A stretch of DNA of 64,000 bases from Hydrogenophilaceae bacterium (GTDB lineage: Bacteria; Pseudomonadota; Alphaproteobacteria; Caulobacterales; Aquidulcibacteraceae): the NCBI GenBank assembly GCA_013389015.1, contig JACAEE010000007.1, positions 9,159 to 73,158 of the forward strand. Reading direction: 5' to 3'. Both the position numbers and the translations under genes were made by a program. The notes below the pieces were generated by a model. The model did no database searches, was not told the DNA's origin, and worked only from the letters and a program-made list of their open reading frames with translations. Shown here piece by piece: positions 28,316 to 36,778 of the stretch; within the stretch, counting starts at the first letter, position 1, and each line of letters starts with the position of its first letter.

Positions 28316-29404
28316 ATGCCCCCCGCCGACGACAAGATCTGGGTGAACTCCGCCGACAGCCATGTCTGGGAGCCGCCGACGCTCTGGGAGGAGAACCTCC
28401 CCGCGCACTTGAAGTCGCGCGGTCCGCGGGTCGACCGGCGCGAGAAGGCGGACGTCTATATCGTCGACAATGAAGAAGTGATCTTCATGAAACCCGACAT
28501 GCTCGATGCGATCTCGCCGCCGGGCATGATGAATCTCGATCTTCGCATGGCCGATCTCGACCAGCAGGGAATCTGGGCGGAAGTCGTATTCGCCTCGACC
28601 GGGCTGTGGATGACGGTGATGACGGACCGCGAGCTGCAGCGCGAATGCACCCGCGTGTGGAACGACTGGGCGCATGCGGAGCTGATCAAGCGGTCCGAGC
28701 GCTATCTGCCGGCGGCGATGCTCTCCTCGATCAATGTCGAGGATGCGGCTGCGGAAGCCGAACGCGTCGCCAAGCTGGGGTTCAAAGTCCTGGCGTTCCC
28801 GACGACGCTGGTGGGCGGCGGCGAATACAACAATCCGGAGTTCGACAAGGTCTGGGCGGTCGCGCAAGAGGCCGGACTGGTGATCTCCTTCCACGTCGGC
28901 ACCGGGACGAAGGATCTCGTCGTCACGCGCGGCCCGGGCGGCGCCATCATCAATTATTGGGAGACGACCGTGCCGGCGCAGCGCTGCGTCGTGCACATGG
29001 TGTCGAGCGGCGCGCTCGACCGGTTTCCCAAGCTCAAGGTCATGACGGCCGAAGCCGGGGCGTCGTGGATGCCGGCGCTCGGCGACCGTCTGGATGAAGC
29101 CTACCGCCAGCACGGGCGCTGGATGAAGCCGAAGCTCGAGCGGCTGCCGAGCGACATCCTGAAGGCGCAGGTCTATTCATCGTTCCAGCATGACGAAACC
29201 GCCGTGCCGACCGCCATCCACAGCGACTACAAGAACATTCTCTGGGGATCGGACTATCCGCACCTCGAAGGCACCTTCCCGCGCACGCAGGAGGTGTTGC
29301 GCGAACTCTTCAAGGACGTGCCCGACGCCGTGCGCCATCGCGTGACGCTAGGCGCGTTCGAGGAATTGTTCGGCGTGCGCATGCCGGCGGCCCTGGCGGC
29401 ATGA
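28316..29404 (+). CDS. amidohydrolase-2 family protein
   Basis: VNSADSHVWEP (DxH-type N-terminal metal motif), FHVGTG, and WGSDYPHLEG. GGAGA RBS upstream. Confidence 0.85.
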   Translation: MPPADDKIWVNSADSHVWEPPTLWEENLPAHLKSRGPRVDRREKADVYIVDNEEVIFMKPDMLDAISPPGMMNLDLRMADLDQQGIWAEVVFASTGLWMTVMTDRELQRECTRVWNDWAHAELIKRSERYLPAAMLSSINVEDAAAEAERVAKLGFKVLAFPTTLVGGGEYNNPEFDKVWAVAQEAGLVISFHVGTGTKDLVVTRGPGGAIINYWETTVPAQRCVVHMVSSGALDRFPKLKVMTAEAGASWMPALGDRLDEAYRQHGRWMKPKLERLPSDILKAQVYSSFQHDETAVPTAIHSDYKNILWGSDYPHLEGTFPRTQEVLRELFKDVPDAVRHRVTLGAFEELFGVRMPAALAA

Positions 29405-30558
29405 AGCCGCGCCCGCGCCAGGCGGCGATCGTCGGGCTCTACGTCACCAAGCAGGCGCGCCGTCTCGAGGGCCGTACCGAACTCGATCTCCTGATGGAAG
29501 CCGCGGACGGCGCTCTCGCCGACGCGGCGCTCGACGCGCGCGACGTCGACGGCGCGGCGATCGCCTGGCCGGGGCCGGGCGGCGTGCCGAACGAAGTCGG
29601 CAGCTGGGCCTCATACTTCAAGACGCCGCTGGCGTTCACCAGCGAACACTGGAGCGACTGCGCCGGCGCGCGCGGCATCCTCAAGGCGGCCGCGGCGATC
29701 GAAGCGGGCCTCTGCGACATCGTGGTGCTCGGCAGCGGCACGGCGGGCCAATTCACGTCTGGCTCCGTCGGGGTCGGCGACGGCATCGAGTTCGCCGATG
29801 TCTATGGCTCGACGGCTATGGCGCAGTTCGCCTTGGTGATGCGCCGATACATGCATGAGTATGGCGTCGGACCCGAGCCGTTCGCGCATGTCGCGGCGAC
29901 GATCCGCAATCATGGCCATGTCAATCCGGAGGCGGTGATGTACGGCGCGGGGCCCTACACCGCCGCCGACGTCCTGGCTTCGCCGCTCATCGCTGCGCCG
30001 CTGCACCGGCTGGAATGCGCGCTGGTCGCAGAAGGCGCGTGCGCGATCGTGCTGACGACGCTCGAGCGTGCGCGCGATCTGCCGCACGCGCCGGTGCTCG
30101 TGCTCGGCGGAGGCATGGAGTTCCATGGCGCGGCCTACGCCAATCCCCCGCTGCTGCGCGAGATGGGGATGATGGGACAGGAGGCGGTCAAGCGGACGTT
30201 CAGCGCCGCCGGCGCAACGCCCCGGGATGTCGATGTGTTCTGCCTCTACGACGCTGTGGCGTTCGAAGTGGTCCGCCAGTTCGAGATGCTCGGCTTCTGC
30301 CGGCCTGGCGAAGGCGGCGCCTTCACCGCGGGCGACCGGCTGACGCTGCAGGGCGATTGCCCGACCAATCTCGACGGCGGCATCCTTTCGCATTCCTGGA
30401 TCGGCACCGGCCAGCTCACCTTGAAGGCGATCGAGTGCGCGCGCCAGCTGCGCGGCGGCTGCGGAGCGCGCCAGGTCGAGGGCGCCGAACTCGCGCTGGC
30501 GACGAATGCGGGCGCCGGCGCCCGGCATATCGAAATGGCCCTGTTTGGGCGGGCGTGA
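29401..30558 (+). CDS. thiolase-like (SCP-x / Ltp-type) protein
   Basis: 385 aa with a thiolase-like fold and C-terminal NLDGGILSH ... NAGAG typical of lipid-transfer-type thiolases. ATGA overlap with the amidohydrolase. Confidence 0.75.
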   Translation: MKPRPRQAAIVGLYVTKQARRLEGRTELDLLMEAADGALADAALDARDVDGAAIAWPGPGGVPNEVGSWASYFKTPLAFTSEHWSDCAGARGILKAAAAIEAGLCDIVVLGSGTAGQFTSGSVGVGDGIEFADVYGSTAMAQFALVMRRYMHEYGVGPEPFAHVAATIRNHGHVNPEAVMYGAGPYTAADVLASPLIAAPLHRLECALVAEGACAIVLTTLERARDLPHAPVLVLGGGMEFHGAAYANPPLLREMGMMGQEAVKRTFSAAGATPRDVDVFCLYDAVAFEVVRQFEMLGFCRPGEGGAFTAGDRLTLQGDCPTNLDGGILSHSWIGTGQLTLKAIECARQLRGGCGARQVEGAELALATNAGAGARHIEMALFGRA

Positions 30559-30577
30559 GCGCTCCGCGCCGGGGACT

Positions 30578-30593
30578 GATCGAAAGGCCGATG
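30578..30593. promoter_or_regulatory. weak ATCG-N6-CGAT core site upstream of the acyl-CoA synthetase gene
   Basis: GATCGAAAGGCCGATG. Only the 4-bp cores match. Confidence 0.25.
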
Positions 30594-30674
30594 TTTCGGT
30601 GCGATTGCTTTCGCCGGCGTTTGCGGTTCGTGTAGCCTTGGCGTTCGCGCGGATTGGCGCAGGCGGGAAGCGGC

Positions 30675-32231
30675 ATGGGCGACGGGTTGCACGAACATAG
30701 CCTGATCGGCGTCCTTGAAGAGCTCGCCCGGAGCCGGGCCGGCCATACGGCCTATGTCGACGGCGCGAAGCGGATCTCCTATCGCGAGGCGCGTGAACGC
30801 GTGCACCGGCTCGCCAATGCGTGGGCGGCGATGGGGGTCGGCGCCGGCGACCGGGTGCTCTGGCTGGCGCAGAATTCCTATCGCGTGGTCGAAGGCGTCT
30901 GCGCCGCGAGCTTGCTCGGGGCGATGTTCTGCCCGGCCAACTGGCGCCAAAGCCCGGAAGAGATGGCGTTCGTCATCGACGATTTCTCACCGAAGATCGT
31001 GATCTGGCAGGAGGAGGAGATCGGCGAGGCCGTGCGCGGAGCGCGTGCGCTCGCTGCGCATCGCGACGCGGTCTGGATTCAACAGGACGGCGTTGACGAG
31101 TATGAGCCGCTGATCGCAGGCGCCGACGCCGCGGAAGGGCGCCATGCGAACGATCCGACCAAGCCTGCGCTCGTGGTCTACACCGCCGCCTTCGAGGGCG
31201 CGCCAAACGGCGCGATGCTGAGTCAGCGCGCGATTCTCACGCAGAGCCTTGTCGTGCAGTTCGTGCAGGATTTGACGCCGAGCGCTGTGTTCCTCAATTC
31301 CGGCCCGATGTTCCATGTCGGCACGCTGATGACGACGTTCGCCGTCTTCACACAGGGCGGAACCAATGTCTTCGTGCGGCGCACGGACGCAGAGCAATTG
31401 TGCACGACGATCCACCAGGAGCGCTGCACCTTCGCGTTCCTGATGATGAAGGTCTGCGAAGACATCGTGAAGCTCAACGCCGACGGGCGCTACGACCTCA
31501 AATGTCTCACTTCGCCCCCGTTCTTCCCCGAATGGGACGCGATGGTGACGATCAATCCGCGCGACACCCGCAACACCGCCTACGGCTACGGCCAGACCGA
31601 AGTGAACGGACTGGTGAGCTGGACGTTCTACAACGCGCCTGGCGACAAGGGCGTAAGCGGGCGCCCAGCGCCGGGCACGCAAATCCGCATCGTCGACGCC
31701 GACGATCAGGAGGTCGCGGACGGGGAAGTGGGCGAGATCGTCGTCCGCGGGCCCACGGTCATGTGCGGTTATTGGAACCGGCCGGCGTTGAACGCACAAC
31801 GCCAGCGCAACGGCTGGCACCACACCAACGACCTCGGCCGGCGCGAGGCCGACGGCTCGCTGTCTTTCGTCGGCCCGAAGACGCAGATGATCAAGTCCGG
31901 CGCGGAGAACATCTATCCGGCCGAGGTCGAAGGCTGTCTGCGGCGCCACGAAGCCGTCGCCGACGCCGCGATCATCGGCGTGCCTGATCCGCTGTTCACG
32001 CAAAGCGTGAAGGCGATCGTGCAGCTGCGCGACGGGGCTTCGTGCACCCCAGGCGATTTGATCGAGCATTGCCGCCTCCATCTTGCGTCCTACAAGAAAC
32101 CGCGGACGGTCGAGTTCATCGACGCCTTGCCGCGCACGAAGGCCGGCGGCGTCGACTACCGGGCGCTGGATGAGCGGTTCGGCGGCGGGAACTATCCCGG
32201 CCAAGCATGGCAGACCACGCGCCGTGCTTGA
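30675..32231 (+). CDS. AMP-dependent synthetase/ligase (acyl-CoA synthetase) with a divergent P-loop
   Basis: YGYGQTE, TNDLGRREADGSLSFVGPK, MIKSGAENIYPAEVE, and LPRTKAGGV. The A3 loop reads VVYTAAFEGAPNGAML instead of (S/T)GTTGxPKG. Confidence 0.8.
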   Translation: MGDGLHEHSLIGVLEELARSRAGHTAYVDGAKRISYREARERVHRLANAWAAMGVGAGDRVLWLAQNSYRVVEGVCAASLLGAMFCPANWRQSPEEMAFVIDDFSPKIVIWQEEEIGEAVRGARALAAHRDAVWIQQDGVDEYEPLIAGADAAEGRHANDPTKPALVVYTAAFEGAPNGAMLSQRAILTQSLVVQFVQDLTPSAVFLNSGPMFHVGTLMTTFAVFTQGGTNVFVRRTDAEQLCTTIHQERCTFAFLMMKVCEDIVKLNADGRYDLKCLTSPPFFPEWDAMVTINPRDTRNTAYGYGQTEVNGLVSWTFYNAPGDKGVSGRPAPGTQIRIVDADDQEVADGEVGEIVVRGPTVMCGYWNRPALNAQRQRNGWHHTNDLGRREADGSLSFVGPKTQMIKSGAENIYPAEVEGCLRRHEAVADAAIIGVPDPLFTQSVKAIVQLRDGASCTPGDLIEHCRLHLASYKKPRTVEFIDALPRTKAGGVDYRALDERFGGGNYPGQAWQTTRRA

Positions 32232-32637
32232 GCCGCCGCTCACCGCCTATGCGCTCAAGCCGACGCCGCTGACGCAGCCGTTCTGGGACGCCGCGCGCGA
32301 GCGCCGCCTCGTCGTGCAGCATTGCCGCACTTGCTCGAAAAAGTTCTTTCGCCCGGAAATCGCCTGCCCGCATTGCCGCGCGCGGGACTGGGAGTGGGTG
32401 GAAAGCACGGGCAAGGGAACGCTCTACAGCTTCGCCGTCATGCATCGCGCGCCGTCTCCGGCGTTTAAGGCGCCGTTCATTTTTGCGGCGATCGAGATGG
32501 ATGAGGGCTGGGTTCTGTTCTCCAACCTGATCGGGCTGGAGATCGAAGAGGCGGAAATCGGCATGGAGGTCGAGGTCTGCTTCCATGCCGTCTCGGATGA
32601 GCTGACTGTGCCGCTCTTCCGTCCGGCGCGGCGATGA
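32224..32637 (+). CDS. DUF35 / OB-fold acyl-CoA-associated protein with a Zn ribbon
   Basis: HCRTCSKKFFRPEIACPHCR (CxxC...CxxC) followed by the OB-fold GTLYSFAVMH. GTG 32224 overlaps the ligase stop. Confidence 0.75.
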   Translation: MLEPPLTAYALKPTPLTQPFWDAARERRLVVQHCRTCSKKFFRPEIACPHCRARDWEWVESTGKGTLYSFAVMHRAPSPAFKAPFIFAAIEMDEGWVLFSNLIGLEIEEAEIGMEVEVCFHAVSDELTVPLFRPARR

Positions 32638-33473
32638 ATGCGCCCGTCTCGGTGCGCGTCGAGCAGCGCATCGCCTTCGTCGCCATCAACAATCCGCCGG
32701 TCAATGGACTGAGCCACACGGTGCGCGAAGGCCTGTTCGACGCGTTCAACGCCGTTCGCTCCGACGACGGCATCGACGGCGTCGTGCTGCATGGACATGG
32801 GCCGTGCTTCTCGGCCGGCGGCGACATCCGCGAGTTCGGAACGCCGGCGGCGAGCGTCGATCCCGGGCTCTCGAAGGATGTGCACCCGGCGATCGAAGGC
32901 TGCGGTAAGACTGTCGTCGCCGCGATCCACGGCTATGCGCTCGGCGGCGGACTGGAGACGGCCATGGCCTGCCACGTTCGCGTTGCGGCGGCGGGCGCGC
33001 GCGTGGGGCTGCCGGAGGCGCGCCTGGGCGTCATTCCGCTTTCGGGCGCACAGCGCCTGCCGCGTCTCATCGGGGTGGACGCAGCGATCGACATGATCCT
33101 AACCGCGAACGACGTGCGGGCCGAAGAGGCGCCAGCCGGGCTGATCGACGCCATCGTCGAGGAAGCCGCGCTGCTCGACATCGCCGCGCGCCATGCGCGC
33201 AAGCCAATGCGGGCGCTGGTGCGGGAGCGGCCCTTCCCGGCGGATCGTGGCGCATTCGCACGTGCACGCGCCGCGATCGCCGCGGGCGCCTATCCGCCGT
33301 TCGCCGCGCGCCTGCTCGACGCGATGGCGTGCGGGCTGGGCGTCTCGTTCGACGAAGGATTGCGCGGCGCGCGCGCCATTTACGACGCGACGGTGAATTC
33401 CGCCGCGTCGCGCGAAGCGAGAGCCGCCTTTCTCGCGGCTCGTTCGGCTCATTCGAGGAAGCAGACAACATGA
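32634..33473 (+). CDS. enoyl-CoA hydratase/isomerase family protein
   Basis: AFVAINNPPVNGL, HGHGPCFSAGGDI, and AAIHGYALGGGLETAMAC. ATGA overlap upstream. Confidence 0.85.
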   Translation: MNAPVSVRVEQRIAFVAINNPPVNGLSHTVREGLFDAFNAVRSDDGIDGVVLHGHGPCFSAGGDIREFGTPAASVDPGLSKDVHPAIEGCGKTVVAAIHGYALGGGLETAMACHVRVAAAGARVGLPEARLGVIPLSGAQRLPRLIGVDAAIDMILTANDVRAEEAPAGLIDAIVEEAALLDIAARHARKPMRALVRERPFPADRGAFARARAAIAAGAYPPFAARLLDAMACGLGVSFDEGLRGARAIYDATVNSAASREARAAFLAARSAHSRKQTT

Positions 33474-34231
33474 CCATCGACCTTTCGGGCCGCGTGGCGC
33501 TCATCACCGGCGCATCCTCAGGCTTGGGCGCGCATTTCGCGACGGTCCTGGCCGCAGCCGGCGCCAAGGTGGCCGCATGCGCGCGGCGCACGGACAGGCT
33601 GCAAGCGCTGGCGCAGCGCATTCGCGGGGCGGGCGGCGTCATCGAGCCGATCACGATGGACGTGGAGGATTCGGCCTCGATCGTCGCGGGGTTCGATGCG
33701 GCGGAGAAAGCGCTCGGCCCCGTCGACATCACCATCGCCAACGCCGGCTTGAATGCGCAAGGCGCATCAACCGAACTCGACGCGGACGCGCTCGCGCAGC
33801 TCGTTCGCGTCAACATCCAGGGCGTCTATCTCACAGCGCGCGAAGCGGCGAAGCGTCTGATCGCCGGCGCCGATCCAGCACGCGGAAGGATCATCCTTCT
33901 CGGATCGGTGGGCAGCCAGAAGCCGTTGGCGGGGCTGACGGCGTACTCGATGTCGAAGGCCGCGGTGGCGATGATGGGCAAGGGGTTGGCCCGCGAGTGG
34001 GCGCGTTACGGCGTGACCGTCAACACGATCTGTCCCGGATGGATCGCCACCGAACTCAACGCCGAATGGCTCGCCGGCGAAGGCGGGCAGAAGCTGGTCA
34101 AGACCTTTCCGCGCCGGCGCGTCATGGCGGCGGACGGACTGGATGGGCTTGTGCTCCTTCTCGCCTCGGACGCTTCGGCCTCGATCACCGGCGGCGTGTT
34201 CGCCGCCGACGAAGGCCAGGCGCTGGCCTGA
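33470..34231 (+). CDS. SDR family oxidoreductase
   Basis: MTIDLSGRVALITGASSGLGAHFA, NAG, and YSMSKAAV. ATGA overlap upstream. Confidence 0.9.
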   Translation: MTIDLSGRVALITGASSGLGAHFATVLAAAGAKVAACARRTDRLQALAQRIRGAGGVIEPITMDVEDSASIVAGFDAAEKALGPVDITIANAGLNAQGASTELDADALAQLVRVNIQGVYLTAREAAKRLIAGADPARGRIILLGSVGSQKPLAGLTAYSMSKAAVAMMGKGLAREWARYGVTVNTICPGWIATELNAEWLAGEGGQKLVKTFPRRRVMAADGLDGLVLLLASDASASITGGVFAADEGQALA

Positions 34232-35384
34232 AATCTCGGAGCCCGGCCGCCTCCTCCTCGTTGCGACCGGCGGCGCACTCCGCGAAGCGCGCCAAATGCT
34301 GATCTGAGGAGCCGAACAGGCCGCGCACCAGCGCCAGGCGCTTGAGGTAGTGGCCGACGATATATTCCTCGGTGACGCCGATGCCGCCGTGCAATTGCAC
34401 GGCCTGCGCCCCGACGAAGAATCCTGCCTCTCCGATCTGCGCCTTGGCGGCGGAAACGCCGCGGCGGCGTTCCAGAACATTCTCAAGAGCGAGCGCGGCG
34501 ATGCCGCGATAGAGCATAGAGCGCGCCAGCTCGGTCTCCACCAGCATGTCGGCCATGCGGTGCTGCAGCGCCTGGAACGTGTTGAGCGTGACGCCGAATT
34601 GCTTGCGCGTCTTGAGATAGTCGCGCGTGATCCAGAGCGCCGCGTCCATGGCGCCGACGGCCTCTGCGCAAAGCCCGATGACGCCATAATCCAGCGCGTA
34701 ATCGATCGCGTCAGCCGCATCGCCGCCGGCGCCGATCAAGGCGGACGCCTCCACCTCAACGCCCCTCAGCGTGAGATCGCTGACGCGGCGGCCATCGACG
34801 GCGTGGTAGTTCACCCGCTCGACGCCGGGCGTGTGCGCTGGAACCGCGAACAGGCTTTCGCCGGCGCCGTCGCGCGCGGAAACCAGAAAGACGTCCGCCG
34901 CCTGTCCGCCCAGAACAAAGACCTTGCGGCCGTCCAGGCGATAGCCGGCCTTGGTCTTCGTCGCCTTCGCAGCGAGGTCCGGCGCGAAGGCGTGCTGGGC
35001 GGTCTCGCCATGCGCCAAGGCGGCGATGGAGGTTCCATCAAGCAACGGGGACAGGAGCTTGTCGCGCTGCTCAGGCAGGGCCAGACGCGCAATCGCCTGC
35101 GTAGCGATAACCGCGCTGGAAAGGAACGGCGCAACGACAAGCGCGCGCGCCAATTGCTCCAGAATGATGGCGTTTTCGATCGGGCCGCCGCCGAAGCCGC
35201 CGACTTCTTCGGCAAGGCCGGCGCCAAGCCAGCCCAGTTCGGCGAACGTCGCCCAATGGGCGCGATCGAAGCCGGCCTCGGTGCGCAAAAGCGCCTGGCG
35301 CTTCTCGAACGGATACTCCCGCTCGCAGAAGCGCTTGACGCTGTCCTGCAGGCTTTGCTGCACGTCCGAAAAGTCGAAGTCCAT
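34185..35384 (-). CDS. acyl-CoA dehydrogenase family protein, class B (HGGIG type, no IYGGxxE motif)
   Basis: MDFDFSDVQQSLQDSV..., and AVQLHGGIGVTEEYIVGHYLKRL. Its 3' end overlaps the convergent SDR gene by 47 nt. Confidence 0.8.
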   Translation of the reverse strand: MDFDFSDVQQSLQDSVKRFCEREYPFEKRQALLRTEAGFDRAHWATFAELGWLGAGLAEEVGGFGGGPIENAIILEQLARALVVAPFLSSAVIATQAIARLALPEQRDKLLSPLLDGTSIAALAHGETAQHAFAPDLAAKATKTKAGYRLDGRKVFVLGGQAADVFLVSARDGAGESLFAVPAHTPGVERVNYHAVDGRRVSDLTLRGVEVEASALIGAGGDAADAIDYALDYGVIGLCAEAVGAMDAALWITRDYLKTRKQFGVTLNTFQALQHRMADMLVETELARSMLYRGIAALALENVLERRRGVSAAKAQIGEAGFFVGAQAVQLHGGIGVTEEYIVGHYLKRLALVRGLFGSSDQHLARFAECAAGRNEEEAAGLRDFRPAPGLRRRRTRRR

Positions 35385-35387
35385 GAT

Positions 35388-36569
35388 CTACAGCCCCAGG
35401 ACGGCTTTCGCGATGATGTTGCGCTGAATCTCGTTCGAGCCGCCATAGATCGTCGTCGCACGGCGGAACATGGCGCGCGCGAGCCAGCCGTGGGCATAGG
35501 CAGGAACAGGCGGACGCGGCGCGGGATGATCCGTCGCGTCATGCCCGGTTGGATCGGGATTGACCGCGAGGCCCGCCGCGCCGAGCGCTTCCACTGCGAG
35601 TTCGGCCACACGCTGACGCAATTCCGCGCCGCGCAGCTTGAGGACGGACGCCACCGCATCCTGCGCTGCGGCCTCGGCGCTGATGACCCGCAGCACCGCG
35701 TACTCAAGCGCCATCAGATCGATCTCGAGGCGAGAGACTTTGGCGGCGAACAGCGGATCGGCGAGCTTCTCGGCGGCGAAGCGCTTGAGACTTGAGAGAT
35801 CGGCGCGCGTGTGCGCGGTTTCGGCGCTCATAGCGCGCTCATTGGTGAGCAGGAACTTGGCGTAGGACCAGCCCTTGTTCGCTTCGCCCACCAGATTCTT
35901 GCAAGGGACGCGCACATCGTCGAGGAAGACTTCGTTGACGCTGCGCCCCTCATCGATCGTGTAGATCGGCCGCACGCGCACGCCGGGCGCCTGCATATCG
36001 ATCAGGAGAAAGGAGATGCCCGCCTGTGGGCGCGCTTCGGGGTCGGTGCGCACGAGCGCGAACATCATGTCGGCGCGCTGGGCGTCCGAGGTCCAGGTCT
36101 TCTGACCGGTCACGACATAGCAATCGCCGTCCAGCACCGCGCGCGTACGCAGCGAAGCGAGATCCGATCCGGCATTGGGTTCGGAGAAGCCCTGGCACCA
36201 AAACGTCTCGGCGTTCAGAATCTTCGGCAGATAGGCGCGCTTCTGCGCGTCGCTGCCGAAGGTGTAGAGAACGGGCCCCACCAATTCCATCGCCGATTGA
36301 TCCTGGACCGGGGCGCCCGCGGCGCGCAGCTCAAGCTGGAACAGATAGCGTTGCAGCGGCGTCCAAGCTGTCCCGCCATATTCCGCAGGCCAGGCGGGCG
36401 CGGCCCAGCCCTGCGCGTTCAAAAGGCGCGTCCAGATCTCCACATCGCTGCGGGTCGCGTGAAAGCCGCGCCGCCCGCGCTCGGCGATGTCGGCAGGAAG
36501 ATTGGCGCGAATCCACGCGCGCTTGTCGCGGCGGAACGCGAGATCGGCTTCGGAGAGATCGAATTCCAT
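35388..36569 (-). CDS. acyl-CoA dehydrogenase, class A
   Basis: MEFDLSEADLAFR, FWCQGFSEPNAGSDLAS, and C-terminal TIYGGSNEIQRNIIAKAVLGL. Its stop lies 3 nt before the class B partner start. Confidence 0.85.
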   Translation of the reverse strand: MEFDLSEADLAFRRDKRAWIRANLPADIAERGRRGFHATRSDVEIWTRLLNAQGWAAPAWPAEYGGTAWTPLQRYLFQLELRAAGAPVQDQSAMELVGPVLYTFGSDAQKRAYLPKILNAETFWCQGFSEPNAGSDLASLRTRAVLDGDCYVVTGQKTWTSDAQRADMMFALVRTDPEARPQAGISFLLIDMQAPGVRVRPIYTIDEGRSVNEVFLDDVRVPCKNLVGEANKGWSYAKFLLTNERAMSAETAHTRADLSSLKRFAAEKLADPLFAAKVSRLEIDLMALEYAVLRVISAEAAAQDAVASVLKLRGAELRQRVAELAVEALGAAGLAVNPDPTGHDATDHPAPRPPVPAYAHGWLARAMFRRATTIYGGSNEIQRNIIAKAVLGL

Positions 36570-36675
36570 TCCGAGGTCCCAGGCGACGGCTCGACACGCC
36601 CAATCCAGCGCCTCCAAGCGCCGGGGTCAAATCGCATACATGATCGCGCGCGCGGCGTCGCGGCGGCGCAGGCGC

Positions 36676-36691
36676 AATCGTATGGACGATT
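36676..36691. promoter_or_regulatory. ATCG-N6-CGAT palindrome in the divergent ACAD / FadB-like region
   Basis: AATCGTATGGACGATT has perfect 6-bp arms. Confidence 0.4.
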
Positions 36692-36778
36692 TGTCCGGCG
36701 CGGCGCGGCAGCTGCGGATTGGCAAGCCGATACTGGCGGCCCATACCTCGCGGCCAATCAGAGCTGGAGTTCGCCTCG

